A stretch of 64,000 nt of DNA from assembly GCA_010909165.1 (NCBI GenBank), contig MU008188.1, forward strand, positions 496,001 to 560,000, given 5' to 3'. The notes beneath the pieces are model-generated. The model searched no databases. It had not been told where the DNA came from and saw only the letters and a program-made list of their open reading frames with translations. A program made the translations under genes and the position numbers. Every line of letters begins with the position of its first letter. The first letter of the stretch is position 1. This DNA comes from Anthoceros angustus (Eukaryota; Plantae; Anthocerotophyta). Below, one piece after another: positions 35,301 through 48,597 of this stretch.

Positions 35301-37557
35301 TGTGAGTCAAGTCTTCCTTCAAAGCTGCATCCACGTATTCATGTATAATTAAGCATATAGGAATACCTACATATTTCCTTCTTGATTAGGGTTCCACATA
35401 ATGATGAGATTGATTCCATATTTTGTTGCCTATGTGTTACAATGGCACATACTTAATAATCTCTTTTGAATTTATAAAAATCAATGTGGAGGAGAAGCAA
35501 TTAGAATTGAAGAAGAGTAGCTTTATGTTTCAAGAGGAGTTGGCAAAGAAAGTTCCAAACTTGCCAGCTATGAAACGCCTTGTAGGACGGCCAAGGAAGA
35601 CAATGGTGGGAGCATTAGTGCCTCAAAGCACAAATCACAATGGCCCTACTCTAGATTTTGTGGACATTATAGTCCGTGTTGAAGATGGAGATGTAGGGAG
35701 AACGAAAAGGAAGCGAAGGGGTACTTTTATTAATTCTTTTGCGGATAACCCATGGTCTCCAATCACTGTAGAAATATGAAGACCCACAAGATCAACATGC
35801 CAACTCTACAATACTTGAAGACAACACATATGAGAATAAGAGGAGAGAGTTAACACATGCATGGTTATTTAGAGATTCATTGTATGATTGCTTTTTTCCA
35901 AGTAGTGAGTTGAAACTACATTGCGAGCGTGGCTCCTATTGAATGAAAATATGATTTGCAAAAGATTTTCACCACTTAGCTAATAAAGAGGGCTACCCAA
36001 AACTTAAGAAGGAGATTTGAGATGTCTTATTGACTACAACGTCCGACTTTGTAGGGTTACAATTATGTGCGCCTATTGTCCAAGAAATCATTCTTAGTAT
36101 TTTTGAGGCAAGGACTCTATATCTGCAAATAATATCAACAATGTGGTGGGTTCAAGGTCAGTTTGCTATGAATAAGAGCATTCATGAAAAAAGAGTTTGG
36201 TTGGTCATTACGCATGGCAACAACTTCCAAGTTGTAACCCTTCAGATTGGGAGGCTCTTGGTACTATCATGACTTGACGAATTGCTTATGTAGTGAAGGC
36301 TTACACAATTTTGGAAGCATTACTGAACATTTTGAGCAAATAGATATCTATTTACTACTTATGAATGGACACTTGGGACGAAAAAAATAGCCAAAGATGT
36401 TAAGGTGTTAAGAATGGATGACAAAGGACAAATTATAGTTGTTGTAAATCATGCGCAGCCATTTCCATTACCATTTTCGTATAAGATCTCTCGCGCTTCC
36501 AAACTTACACTAGAGAGTCCCGCGCATCCAGGAAACTGAGACGAAAATAGTTATCTGAGAAGTACGTTCTCTTTACCTTTCCAGGTTATCAATTGTGAAA
36601 GGGAAGACTCAACGTTCACTTCTAAGGGTGAGAGGGGTTGTGAAAAAGGTTGAGTTCCCACATTTGTAATTATGTTAGATTGTGTGGAATAGTGTTTTCT
36701 TTAACCAGATCCAAGTGATACCATCAATTGGTAGTCGTTGTCGGGAAAAGCACGAATTACCCGAGCACTTCAAAGGATACAAGGTATTCAATAATCACAA
36801 TTTTTTTTAGCGTAAATTCCCCTTTCGTAAGTGGCAAAAACATTGTACATTAGTTGCCCGTGACAGGTAGCGGATAAAAGCGGGGGTTGCCTAGGGGTAA
36901 AAGAAAAACCAAACTGCCTACATGTCTACTACATGGGGCTGCATCTACAGCACTTAAAGCTCCCTCGCTACCTCGCGGTTTAAGGGCCAGGTCTGTCCAT
37001 TAGAGTTGAAACTCCTTTAGATAGTGCGTTTCACCAAGTGGCACTAGGCCAATCATGAATTTCTTGTTTGCTGCATGAAGGAAGCAATTGGCCCAAGTAG
37101 ATATAGCGCTAGTTCCCTCCTCGCAATGGATTTGGACCAAGAGATCAAAATCCACATTCAGAGAAGGACTGAGGCCTACCTCCAAGGCATAATCTCTAGA
37201 TTCACATAAACTCCTCTTTAGTGAGTCCAGCAACACCCAACTACCATATCCGTAAGAATGGGGTAGGTCTTGACCTATCATGGGTGGTGGCTTTCTTCTG
37301 GCAATGTGTTTCCACAATTCTGTAGAGGGCATTGGCAAACGCAATCCCCAAGATGACTTCGAATACGGGAGATGCAGCCTCTTTAGACTACGATATTTTG
37401 GGGGCGGAAGGTAGCTTTAGCGTAAACAATTGCGGGGTCTACTAGTCGTCCTTGGCTTAGGGCCCTTTAGTGGATTGTTCCTCACTGCCTGAGTTTAGAT
37501 GGGATTTCCCATCTCTGCATATTTATAAAGTCTCCATCCCTCTTAACTATAAATATG

Positions 37558-37671
37558 AATAAATAAATAAATAAATAAATAAATATGCAGAGATGGAAGT
37601 TCCATCTACACCAAGGCAATACAGAACAACCCACTAGAGGGCCCCGGACAAAGGGACTAGTCCCGCTATTG

Positions 37672-37736
<65 letters not shown>
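37558..37736. repeat. Microsatellites (TAAA)n and compound (CT)n(TA)n
   Basis: Direct reading: taaa run ~37558-37584; ct run then ta run ~37672-37736. Confidence 0.95.
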
Positions 37737-37738
<2 letters not shown>

Positions 37739-38004
37739 AAGTACCTAATTTTATAAATTATTTTACTTTGCCTAATGCCTACCCCAAAAACAATACTCCG
37801 TTAGGCAATAGGGTGCCTAATAGTGATATCAACTACGGTAAATAATAAATAACATAAAAACGGAGAACCGGTCTCCTTTACGTTTTAGGACTCCATTTCA
37901 CCCATCCAAGTTTTTTTTTTAATTTATATATTCTGAAAATAAATCAGAAGAACGGGGGAAGAAATCTTTTAGCAAGGTTTCTGATTCCCCTATGTTTTCA
38001 CATT

Positions 38005-38110
38005 GTAGCATCGTAGGAGAGAGAGGCCGTACTCCCCAAGTAGCATCGTAGGAGAGGGAGGCCGTACTCCCCAAGTAGCATCGTAGGAGAGGGAGGCCGT
38101 ACTCCCCAAG
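38005..38110. repeat. 35-bp tandem repeat x3
   Basis: gtagcatcgtaggagag(a/g)gaggccgtactccccaa at 38005, 38040 and 38075. Confidence 0.95.
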
Positions 38111-38207
38111 CTCGTGCCTAGGTACCATCGCAGGTTCTGTGGGACTTGGGAAGAACTCCCTCACCAGCTAAAACTCCCCACGGATCCAAGTTGACACATT
38201 TTCTGGA

Positions 38208-38310
38208 CTCCGGTGTATCATCCATTTGACCGAGCTTAGTGTTAGGCACATTTTTTAACTCCGGTGTATCATCCATTTGACCGAGCTTAGTGTTAGGCAC
38301 ATTTTTTAAC
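38208..38310. repeat. 51-bp tandem repeat x2
   Basis: ctccggtgtatcatccatttgaccgagcttagtgttaggcacattttttaa occurs twice. Confidence 0.95.
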
Positions 38311-38809
38311 AGCCATTTCCTGGGCTCGGTGTGCAGAGTGCACTCACAACGGCGGCTATACGTGTGACTTGCCCTCCGCACCAATCACAGGGCGGCACGC
38401 ATGTATTGTCATGCTGATGGCATACATTATCATGCTGATAACTTACAGTGTGTCCAGATATTTGCTTTTATAATATTGGTGAATTTGGTGTGTAATTCTC
38501 CATTCACCTCGATCGCAATTCGCAACCTAGCGATACTGGGCTTAGTTTCGGCCAAGTCCAAAAGTAGGTTCAACGTGCTTGAGAAACGGACTACAGGTGG
38601 CGGTATACGGGTGGCCAACGAGTCCCGCAGTTCTGGCGTGGTTGGGGTCCGGTGGGGTTGCGTAATCCCTCTCGACGGGCCTTTGGCAACGCGTGAGCTC
38701 AACACTGTTTCCTCGCGGACTTTCCATCTTTCTGCCGATCGCCCGCCCATCATAGCAGGAGCGTGCTGCGTGTTCAAGACGTTGCGGGTGTTTGTCTGAG
38801 GGGATTCCG

Positions 38810-39883
38810 ATGAATTATGCACGTTACTCGGTTCGTGGGGATGACTTTGAAGTGTATGCCAAGTACTTACCTATTGCTCCGGTTGGTACTGGGGCCTACG
38901 GTGATGTATGCTCCTTCACAGACACTGAGACTGGGGAAAAGGTGGCTATAAAGAAGATAGCGAGGGCGTTCCAGGACAATCTCACTGCGCGACGCACGCT
39001 CCGGGAGATCATGCTGCTGCGCCACACTGATCACGATAATGTTATCCCCATTCGTGATATTATTGTTCCAGCTGCAAGGGAAAACTTTCACGATGCTTAC
39101 ATCGTCTACGAGCTCATGGACACTGATCTCTATCAGATCATTCAGTCCTCGAAGCTGGATGAGGATTATTGCCAGTTTTTCCTGTATCAGCTTCTCCGGG
39201 GCCTGAAGTACATACACTCTGCCAACATTCTTCATCGAGATCTGAAGCCCAGCAATATACTCATTAACTGCAATGACTGTCTACTAAAAATCTGTGATTT
39301 TGGTCTGGCCCGCACTTCCTCGGAGGATGAAAACCTTACCGAGTATGTGGTCACAAGGCCATACAGGGCCCCGGAGCTTCTACTGGGCAGTACAATGTAT
39401 ACTGCCGCTGTGGATATGTGGTCAGTTGGCTGCATCTTTGTGGAGATGCTCACTGGTGAACCTTTGTTCCCTACACGGTCGAGGCAAGAGCATCCAGTGA
39501 ATCATCTGAAGCTTATTACTGAACTTTTAGGGTCACCAGATGACACAGATTTAGCTTTTCTTACTCATGAAGAATCACGGAGAAGGATACACAGTGCATT
39601 GACAGGGCAGGAGCGAAAGCCACTTGCGGCAAGATATCCATATTCAACGTCCCAAGCCTGGGATCTGGCTGAAAAGTTGCTCTGCTTTGATCCAGCCAAA
39701 CGTGTTACAGCTGAGGAAGCACTGGGGCATAGCTACCTTGCATCACTGCATGATGTGACTGATGAACCAGTCTGTCGTACTGTCTTTGACTTTGATGTCT
39801 ACCATCCAAGTCTCACAGAAGAACATGTTAAGCAGTTAATCTGGAAAGAGGCAGCTGTCTTAAACCCCCACATGCGGTTCTAA
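38810..39883 (+). CDS. Intronless mitogen-activated protein kinase, TEY type (group A/B-like, divergent)
   Basis: Single 357-aa ORF: [33 protein letters not shown] and CD-domain [10 protein letters not shown]. Confidence 0.95.
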   Translation: MNYARYSVRGDDFEVYAKYLPIAPVGTGAYGDVCSFTDTETGEKVAIKKIARAFQDNLTARRTLREIMLLRHTDHDNVIPIRDIIVPAARENFHDAYIVYELMDTDLYQIIQSSKLDEDYCQFFLYQLLRGLKYIHSANILHRDLKPSNILINCNDCLLKICDFGLARTSSEDENLTEYVVTRPYRAPELLLGSTMYTAAVDMWSVGCIFVEMLTGEPLFPTRSRQEHPVNHLKLITELLGSPDDTDLAFLTHEESRRRIHSALTGQERKPLAARYPYSTSQAWDLAEKLLCFDPAKRVTAEEALGHSYLASLHDVTDEPVCRTVFDFDVYHPSLTEEHVKQLIWKEAAVLNPHMRF

Positions 39884-40614
39884 TCCCTTTGAACTATGAC
39901 TGGCTAGGGCGCCATGGTGTAAAGAGGTGAAGATTTCACCCTTTCCTTTCAGGTTGCTGTCCTGCGGGTATGATGGCACAACAGCCAGCAGATTCATGAG
40001 CGTCCTTGACTGCCTTCGCCGACATTTGTGAGGTTTGCAAGCAGTGACCTTTCATCAGGCTACCAAAGTTGGAGCTTGCCTATTATTTATACTTGGGGAG
40101 CCCACATACATCACAAGTGGCTGTGGAAAGCCTGTAGGTTGACATGTCTAGTGTGGTTCATCTGCATCTTTGGAGTTTGGGACGGTCTATGCCGTAGAGC
40201 TGCTACCAACATTCATGCTATGTGGGCTGATATCTAACTCTGGTATACAACAGTACAAGTTAAGTGATCAATTGGTGCTGGTTTCGATAATTGAGCCCTT
40301 TTTCTTTGTACCAGCTGCTTGTACATGATGGTTTCCATGTAGGTTTTCAGATGAATCAAGGGTTGATGATCAGAGTCCATTAGATGTACTAACATTGATA
40401 TCACCCGCTTCGGCATCTAGGTAGTGCTATAATTGTGCAATTTAATTTGAGCTGGGTAAGAAATTTATGGCCACCTTGCAAGCCCGACCCTGGAGATTGA
40501 AAATCATGGTCTGGATAGATGGTGAATGACACAGCAGGAGGAGTCTCGAACCCAAGCGTGCGTGAGTACATGGTATGCGGAGGAGCTGCTCAGTAGAGTT
40601 ATTCTCTAGAGGCT

Positions 40615-40757
40615 GCTGAGAAACAGGGTGGGTTCTCAGTGGGTTCCATGCTTTTCTTGAGAACCAGAGTTAGAGCCTCGACAATACTTAGAGTGAAGCG
40701 TTCTATCAGAGATCTATGGACACCTCAGTTTTTTGCAGAGTTGTTGTTTAAGCATTT
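40615..40757 (+). repeat. Extra copy of an HMA1 intron segment
   Basis: ttcttgagaaccagagttagagcctcgacaatacttagagtgaagc...tttgcagagttgt matches ~12990-13130 and ~41735-41880. Confidence 0.85.
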
Positions 40758-40761
40758 CTGA

Positions 40762-43170
40762 AACCGTCTCTCTTTTGTTTAAATCACGCCCACCTTCGCC
40801 TCTTTTCTTTTCATTGAAAACATCTTTCGTAAAGGAGAAAGTTTACTTCCTTTCCCTCTTCGCCGACGACGTTAAGTGTGACAGGCAATGGCAAGCCAGT
40901 CCTTTGAGCACTGGTGGCCTGCTTTCCAATGACTTGTCTTTTGGATCTTCATTGTCACACAGGTGTCAGTGGCATTGGACTTGACAATGGCCATTCCTGG
41001 TGGAACAAATGACATTCATGTTCTCTTGGCACTCGTGTTGCCTTTGTAGTTGTGGGGAACATCTGGGAGGATGGCTTGCTTTCGACAACGTTCACCCTGT
41101 CCCATCGGGTATTTCGCAAAACATGTTGCATGTCGCTGTTCTGTTCGTATGGGTCTGAGTCTGGGTTGAGGCACATTAAGAACCTATGTTGCGTCATGAT
41201 TGGCATTCATGCAGCAAAACACAGAAGCTTCTTCCTTGGGTTACGGAATCGTAAGATCTCAAAGATTTTGTGCCATGTTGCTACTTCACCGTGATAGGGT
41301 CATACATTTCAGTTTAGATTTTTGTTAAGTCCTTTCAAGAGATTTCTTGTATGCTGTTTGAACCTCTTAAGTTTGAACCTGCAGTGGAAGAATGCTTTTC
41401 CAGGTGAGCATCAGGTGATGTGAACGCATTAAGGGACAGCAATTCAGAGTCTGCTGTTGTCCTGGACGACTTTGATAACTTAGCTTGGACGGCTTTATCC
41501 ACGGCAGCTTACAATTCTCTTGCCAGTTACACAGGTGGAGGCTTGCTCGTAGCTCCTGGTGAAGGCGGGTGAGGTATGCACACTCCAGTGTCATATGGGA
41601 TTGCTTCCACCGTTGATATGGCTGTACTCCGTGGAAATACTTCTGGGCCAAGTTAAATTGTTCATGCTCAAAATGGCAATTTGAGATGTGGAAGTAAACC
41701 CAAACGTGAACACTTTTGTGGTTCAGACCTGCAGAAATGCAAGGCGCTTGTTCAATGGGTCCTTTGCTTTTCTTGAGAACCAGAGTTAGAGCCTCAACAG
41801 TACTCAGAGTGAAGCATCTTATCAGAGATCTATGGACTCCGTCAGTTTTTTGCAGAGTTGTTTGTTTCAGCATGTTTATGTTCTGCTCTTTGGTCTCGGA
41901 CAGTTCCTGTATCGAGGAGGTAGCTCTGGGGCATTCCATGATCATGGTAGAACATCTTACTGGTAAAGTGTCCCCTCTGGAGACGAAAATAGGTGATTTC
42001 GTTCCTGAAGGAGCCAGAAACCGTGGAGGACATGATGGTGGTGAAGGTTAGCTCTTCTGTTGACATCAACTATGCCAAGCACATTGTGACCTTCGCTGCT
42101 GAACAACACCATTAGAGAACGCGATTAATTTTCTTGTCTGGGCTAACTGGCTACCAAATCGTGGAATGTTTCATCTGGGTTAGCTCATTTGTACCGAGTC
42201 AAAAACGTCATCAGATTCCTCAGTCCATAGATCTCTGAATGCATTTTGACCAGTTGAGTTATCTTTTTCCACTTTTGTGATATGGCTAGGTGATTGACTT
42301 AGATGCTCAGTGCCTTGCTATGACTGTGGATTCATGCCTGCTGCCTTTATCTTCTAGTTGAGACTCGTGAATGTGTTTTCTGTTCAAGCCGATCTTTGAT
42401 TTTTGATAGTCAGGTGATGGAGCTTTGTAAAGAGCTTATCTGGCATCCTTGGAATCCGTTGGATCGTCATGTGACTTTGATACAAGCTCTCGATGGCTGG
42501 AGGATTCACTGGAAGAATCACCTTTCAGCAGCGAACTGGTGCGGGCAGCTCTCTTTGTTTACAGCAAGGTCTTGGCCTTATTAAGAAGTGGATTTTCAGT
42601 TGCTTTCATCTGTTCTGTGCACATTATTAACACGTTCCTTACTGTGAGATGCAGATCACCATCTTTCACTTGGAGGACAAATTGCGGGCACACAGTGGTG
42701 ATGTGATCTCATCCTTAAGAATCCATGAGGGCCTGAGGATGATGATGTTGATGGGGGATCATTTGGCTCGTGCTCAAGGGGTTGCTAGAGCAGTTGGTAT
42801 TGATGAGCCTACTCAGGTCTAAAGCCTGAAGAAAAGCTGCGAAAGCAAGAAGCTTCTCTGGTATGGTACGAGAGCCTTGGGTAGCCGCTGTGCACATTTG
42901 CATCTGTTGATGTTGAGTATTATGCAAACACTGAACGCAAAAACTTTTAAGGTTTTTAATGGAAGGAGGGTTTTGATGCTCCCCCGATGACTTTAGTGGC
43001 CTGCTATCTAACATCCATAGGTTACATTCTAGTGGTGTGTGCCATTTCGAAGTCACAAGATGATCTTGATAACTTTGCTGGTCTGGGTGGGCCGCTGCTA
43101 GAGAGAGCATAAGTAAAGCATGATTTGGTTCTTAAAGAACGTGGGTATGGTTTCTGAATGTGCGGAGTTT
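40762..43170 (+). pseudogene. HMA1 (pseudogene): Truncated, intron-retaining HMA1 duplicate
   Basis: Begins at the equivalent of HMA1 intron 1 (~12004) and follows exons and introns. Frameshift in exon 2. Jumps from ~13410 to ~14528 (loses SPC and DKTGT), from ~15352 to ~15660, and from ~15686 to ~16278; ends in 3' UTR-equivalent sequence. Confidence 0.92.
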
Positions 43171-44559
43171 TATCAGAAATATTTGGTGCTGGACGTAAGT
43201 CGTGTCTAAGTTTACGACGAAGGTAACAATGCAAACCTAAATCTCAAGTATGTTCCGAAGCAGATACCGTGGGGGCCTACACTTTTCGGGGTAAATTAAA
43301 TTATTTTTATTTTTGCAGAATTTTTAATTTTCATTAATATCTATTAAAAAGTAAAAAGTTATTTCATATTATTTCGAGAATTAAGTATGACAAGCTATTC
43401 TAATGCAAGTGATCCTCAGCGCTTGTATTACATTAAAAACAGAATTTTCCCTAAGTTGAGTAAAAGTTACGCTTAAACTTAAGAGCGCAACAAGCGTAGG
43501 AGACGTGGCATGATCAGTACCAACTGTAGGTAGGTCTTTCCTCATCTCGGACCATGACATAATCGGGGCGGTAGGTAGCTTCGGGGTTAGTATTTGTGGG
43601 AGCTAGGCTAGCCCCTTGGTTCTCGGCCCTTAAGTGGGTTGTCCCCCCTCGGTTTCGGATAGATGAGTTTTCCCATCTCTTCTTTTTCATAAAGTCTCCA
43701 TTGTATGACTTAAACTTAGGACCTATGTCTAGGAGTTTGCGTAATATGTGTTAACCTCCCATGACACGTGTTATATACCTTAGCTGGGTTTCTTGGTGCA
43801 ATATATAAAATGACTTCAACGACTGAAACCTCGGTGTAGAATGCTCGCACATAGAGTATAAGATAAGTAGAGTATAAGATAAGTAGGCCCATCACGAGGT
43901 AGAAATGCCAGCATTACACGGGAGGAGAGGAATGGTAGGTAGAATGCTCGCACATAGAATATAAGATAAGTGGGCCCATCACGAGGTAGAAATGCAGGCA
44001 TTAGACGGGGCGGGTCATAGTCTTGCCTCGCGTATTCGTCACCTTCCTCCAGAAAGCACAGGCTTGCTTCTCCTCCTCTTGTTCGCGAAATTCCAACTCG
44101 CCCTTCCTCCACGCTTGCAGCCCCACAATTCCGAGCTCCGAGAGTGGCTTGCGCTCATATGTCGCACTCTCCTTGCACTCGCAACCGCTAGTGCCGCCAA
44201 CTTACTTCCCAAGGTGCTTCAAACCCTGGCTAACCAAGGGTTTATCAGGTACATGCAAATCTTAACTTGGATTTCTTCAGTTCTGCCCCACCGCGATGCT
44301 CGCCACGTGGCCTCATCGACGATGCCATTGTTCAAACTTGATTTCGTATATCCGGATCCCCATGATGCATATGTAGCCTTCCTGCATGAGCATTAATTTC
44401 GAGGTCCAAGGAAGTTGCCTTCCTTCCTTCTCGAAATGCTTTTTCCACCTTTTCATAGCTATATTTTTGCCTGACCGAAGACTTGGTCTTCCGACTGGTC
44501 TTCCGAAGACAAGTCTTTTGTCTAACTTTGGGGGTCTAGTTAGGTGGTAGACTGCCTAT

Positions 44560-44980
44560 CTATGCAATACCTTTGTTTACACATCTGTCCCTACATTCTA
44601 TCACTCCCTCGCTAGATCCTAAGTGACTAAACTTTCTCGTTCCACAGGTAGCATATAGTAGGTAAATGGGGGAAAATCCTATTGTCAAATTGGTCGCCTT
44701 GTTACAGGCAAATTCCACGCAATGCAAACAACTTTCCCAAGAATCCTGCGGGTGGGCTGCATATGCGCATAGGGCTGTCTCAATACTTTGGTTCATACGT
44801 TCTGCGAGACCATTTGTTTGGGGGTGGTAAGTAGAGGAAATGGAGATGGTAGTGCCAAGCATGTGATGAAGATCTGTCCAAAAATGGCTGAGGAGCCTGG
44901 GGGCATGCGATCCGATACAATAACTCTAGGCAGGCTATGGAGGAAGTAGACATGCCACATATACAGGTAGTCGATCATGC
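44560..44980 (-). mobile_element. Ty3/gypsy integrase core remnant
   Basis: LHSLPRVIVSDR-(frameshift)-LGTTISISSTYHPQTNGLAERMNQSIETAL..EFACN..TIGFSP. Confidence 0.9.
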
Positions 44981-46788
44981 AACACCTGAAGGACCTAATC
45001 TATTTGACTGTTCTCCGAATGCTCCAGTTGATCTCCTGCTAACCCCATCCTGGAATGAAGGATTCCAGAGTCGGGGGTGGACCTAGCACCCTGCCGCTTG
45101 AGGAAGTTGCCCCGTCGGGCCCTCGCAGGCTGTGCCTCGGCCCTGGCTTGCATGATATATTGCGTCCTTACTCAGTGCCCCAAGCAACTCCTTTTGAAAT
45201 CAGTCTCTTCTAGACACATACTTGGATAGCATGCGTTCCCTTTATTCAAAGAACATACCACTGCAGGCGCTTCCCAGGTGCCAAAACACGCAAATTCTTG
45301 AGCAACCGTCCACGGGTGATCAAGGGCAGCAACTTTTAAAAACAGAGTCTCGTTCATTAGGCCTTTCCAGAAAAACTGGGTTGCACCAACCACCACTCTT
45401 ACACAATCCAATAGTTGGACTGGAGTTTGTTGCCCCTGTTTGCTCTACTATTATAATCTCCCAGTAAGAGTAGAGGTTTGTTCCTATGGCTGGCTCTAAT
45501 GCATACTACCTACTCAACACTTGGGGGTCTCTGAACCAATATATTATAAACCAACTGTCCTCATCCACATTCTTCCACATTTGTATCAAAGATTTGAAAT
45601 CCAACCACATGAGTCAACTTCCAGCTTGATACTCAAAGCAAACTTGAAATTAAACCTTTCTATTTAAAAAACTTATTGTCCAATTCATTGTCATTGTATC
45701 CAGCCTCCTTCAAGTCCCATACATAAGTTTGGCTGACATCTCCTTTCCTCCCACACAAGCGAAACAAGCTCCGACGTAATGGACTTAGGGCTCGGATAAG
45801 TGATTTGCTTACGATAGTGAGCTTTCAACTCAGGAATCCTGTCTAGCCATGTGAGCCACTGCATCGGTCTCCTCATCTATTGAATGTATCCCATTATTAA
45901 AAAAAAATCGATTGTTACAACTAGGCTCACCTTCATTCCCAAAGTAGGCAAAGGGCTTAGCTTTTAGATTGTTCCTCTTTTCCACGACAATGCATTTATG
46001 GAGAGACATCCCTTGTTGAACCTTCACTCCCTTCTCTGCCAAAATTTCATTATACATGTCAAGAGTAATGTCATAAGGGTTGTACTTCGTGGGATAATCA
46101 ACAGAAAGGAACAAGCACGCAAGATTGTACTTCCAACATTCGATTATGTTGGAGAACATTTGATCACACACATGTGCCATTGTCCAGCAGCGACCCCCAT
46201 CTCTATGGGTGGAGCATTGTTTTACTCATTGCTCTAAACCAAAAAAATGTTGCATTGCCCGTCGACACCGGAATTGCATCACTTGGTAGCTTAGTGTATT
46301 ATCCTTGATCCAACCTACAAGGGCAAAGTTATGGAAGCAATTAGTGATGAGAACGGCATGAAGGGACCATAAGACTGCATTTTGGACCAACCGTCTTGGC
46401 CTATGCTTCCATAAGACCTGCATTTATCACAATCCTCGTATTATTAAAGTGGGACATATTAAAGAAACTTGAAATGAAAGATGTTCCGAGAACAGTGCAA
46501 AATCAAACTGAGATACCATACGGACTTCACAAAAAAGACAAAGCAAGCAGTTGAGCAATTGAGATTTAATCAAAATTTAATTTTAAAAATGTATAATTTT
46601 AAGTGTTCAAGATTTCTTCTTATGCTTAACGCCACCGTGTTAGATGGGTGGAGTTTCAATCAACCGTAATTTTGCACCCAACACAGTGATAGGAGTTCGA
46701 ACTCTAAGTTCGTCCAGAGGCAGGATGTGAGGAATGATAAACCTCCAGAAATAATATTACACCGGCTTTGTGGGGTGGAGGCGCTGAG

Positions 46789-48456
46789 CTAGCCATGCTG
46801 CAGATGCTGGCTCGGCAGCAGCGGATCAGGAGGCCTGTTCTTCCTCTCTCTGGGTTGCGGTTCAGAACCGATCCCGAAAGTATGCGGGCCGTAGGGCCAG
46901 AGGGGCGACAAAGCGACCACCCGTCCTATAATGATGAGGGTTGGAGAGACTAACTGCTGTGCGGCAACGTCTCCGGGCAAATTGTGGAGATGCGCGAAAA
47001 CCTGCCACATCAACGGTGCCTTCACAATTCAGAGACAAGACGAAAGGCAGACGAGTGTGAAGCAAATTACGATTGTGATAGCTAGGGACATACGATGCGT
47101 TGATGGGCTGTGGTGCCTCTCTCCACTGCCACAGCTGGAGTGTCGGGCGCCAGACCATTAGCCAGGAGCTTGGCAGCTAACCCAGGTAGCGTGGCAAGGC
47201 CCATGTAGATTACCAGGGTGGAGTCGGGATCTGCAGCTTGCTCTGCAACGTAGAGTGGATCCTCTCCGCCCTTCCGACTGTGTCCCGTGAGAAACCTGAC
47301 GCTGCAAGGCAAGCAGTGAAGCGCAGTACAGTGAAGGGTGCATCAGTACACTCTCAAATGTCAGAAGGATGGTACATGCATAGCAGGCCGTGAAAGCAAG
47401 CAAAGCACCTGCTCACCTGTTTGCGGCACCTCTGTGGGTGAGAGGGATGCCGAGCTCTGCCCCGATTCCAGAGGCAGCCGTGATCCCTGCATGCCATGCC
47501 AGCATGTGATTAGGAACGGGGAATGTGGAAAATGAGGGGAATCAGGGATGTGCGGAAGAGGCAGAGTAGTACCAGGCACTACGTTCACCTCCACGCCCCG
47601 TGCCTGTAAGAAATCCATTTCCTCACCACCTCGGCCGAAAACCTGTCGTAAGGAAAGGCGAGGCAAGCTGAGCAAATCTGTGGTAGGACTGGCACCAGGG
47701 ATATGACAAGGAAAGAGATAGGATGGAAAGTTGGTTTACCAAAGGATCCCCACCCTTGAGTCTCAAAACCGTGGCACCGGCCTCTGCAAAATTGAGCAGC
47801 AGCTCATGGATTTCATCCTGCAAGAAGTGGCACACAATTAGCATGCTCATAGGAATCCTGACATGACAGTTGGAAGTCGGGTTGAGGGAGTCATTCACCT
47901 GGGTGCGGCTGTGGAAACCGGATGTCTTGCCCACGTACAGCAGGCGGGCCTGGTCGTGAACCAGTCTCAAGATATCAGTAGACACCAATCGATCGTAGAG
48001 CACCAAATCGGCCTGTTGCATCAAGCGCACAGCCTTGAGAGTGAGCAGCTCGGGGTCGCCAGGTCCCGTGCCCACCAGGAACACATTGCCAGTGCCCCGC
48101 TTGCCGCCATTGCCGGAGGCGGGGTCCTGCTCCTGCGCCAGACGTCTGCTTCTGAGCAGGCGCAGAAGATCTCGCAGCTCCGGCAGACGCTCCTCCAAAT
48201 CCAGTTCTTCCTCCACCTGAAGCAGATCGGGTCCCGAGTAGTGACTGCTGCTGCAGTTGCGGGACCGTTGCACCCATCGGATCCCGGTGAAGGGGCCCCG
48301 GGAGGAGCTCAGCTCTGCACGCCACTCGCAACTCTTCCGCACCGCCCAAGCCCCCGCCCATTTGCGAGGCACCACGGATGGTACCCTCACGCCATTTGAT
48401 AACTCGAAAGGAATGCCCAGTGCAATCCTCGAGCTGGGCACTTGAGCAGCGCTCAT
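46789..48456 (-). CDS. UPM1: Uroporphyrinogen-III C-methyltransferase (plastid; sirohaem pathway), multi-exon
   Basis: VFLVGTGPGDPELLTLKA, VLYDRLVS, VLRLKGGDP, VFGRGGEE, VRFLTGH, LVIYMGL, TPAVAVERGTT, PTLIIIGRVVAL; transit-peptide-like N-terminus. Confidence 0.96.
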
Positions 48457-48597
48457 CTCGCACCTCGTCACCCTGATGTAGGGCTGTGCTTCTATAAATC
48501 ACCGGAATCTGCACGCTGGACGTGGCGAACTGGCAAGTCCATCCCGCCCAGTTCCGAAGAGTCAGTAATCAGTTAAACTGTGGTGTGGGCAGCAGCC
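48457..48597. promoter_or_regulatory. Putative bidirectional promoter (141 bp between start codons)
   Basis: Divergent ATGs at 48456 (-) and 48598 (+); TATAAAT at 48493-48499 and G-box-like GACGTGGC at 48519-48526. Confidence 0.6.

Noticed and set aside
36716-36735. TGATACCA, the reverse complement of a tRNA-Met primer-binding-site core
   Set aside because: No adjacent LTR pair, canonical CA end or gag ORF could be established.
37800-37880. Small hairpins (ttaggca..tgcctaa; ggaga..tctcc) as a possible Helitron 3' end
   Set aside because: No CTRR terminus at the expected distance and no matching 5' TC boundary.
38005-38310. 35-bp and 51-bp repeats of CRISPR-like length
   Set aside because: Head-to-tail repeats without unique spacers, no cas genes, eukaryotic context.
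45170-46430. Several 60-116 aa ORFs between the integrase remnant and UPM1
   Set aside because: No motif recognised; probably decayed repeat sequence, but I cannot support a call.
47863-48514. Long ORFs overlapping UPM1 exon 1
   Set aside because: Antisense or frame shadows of a GC-rich real exon.
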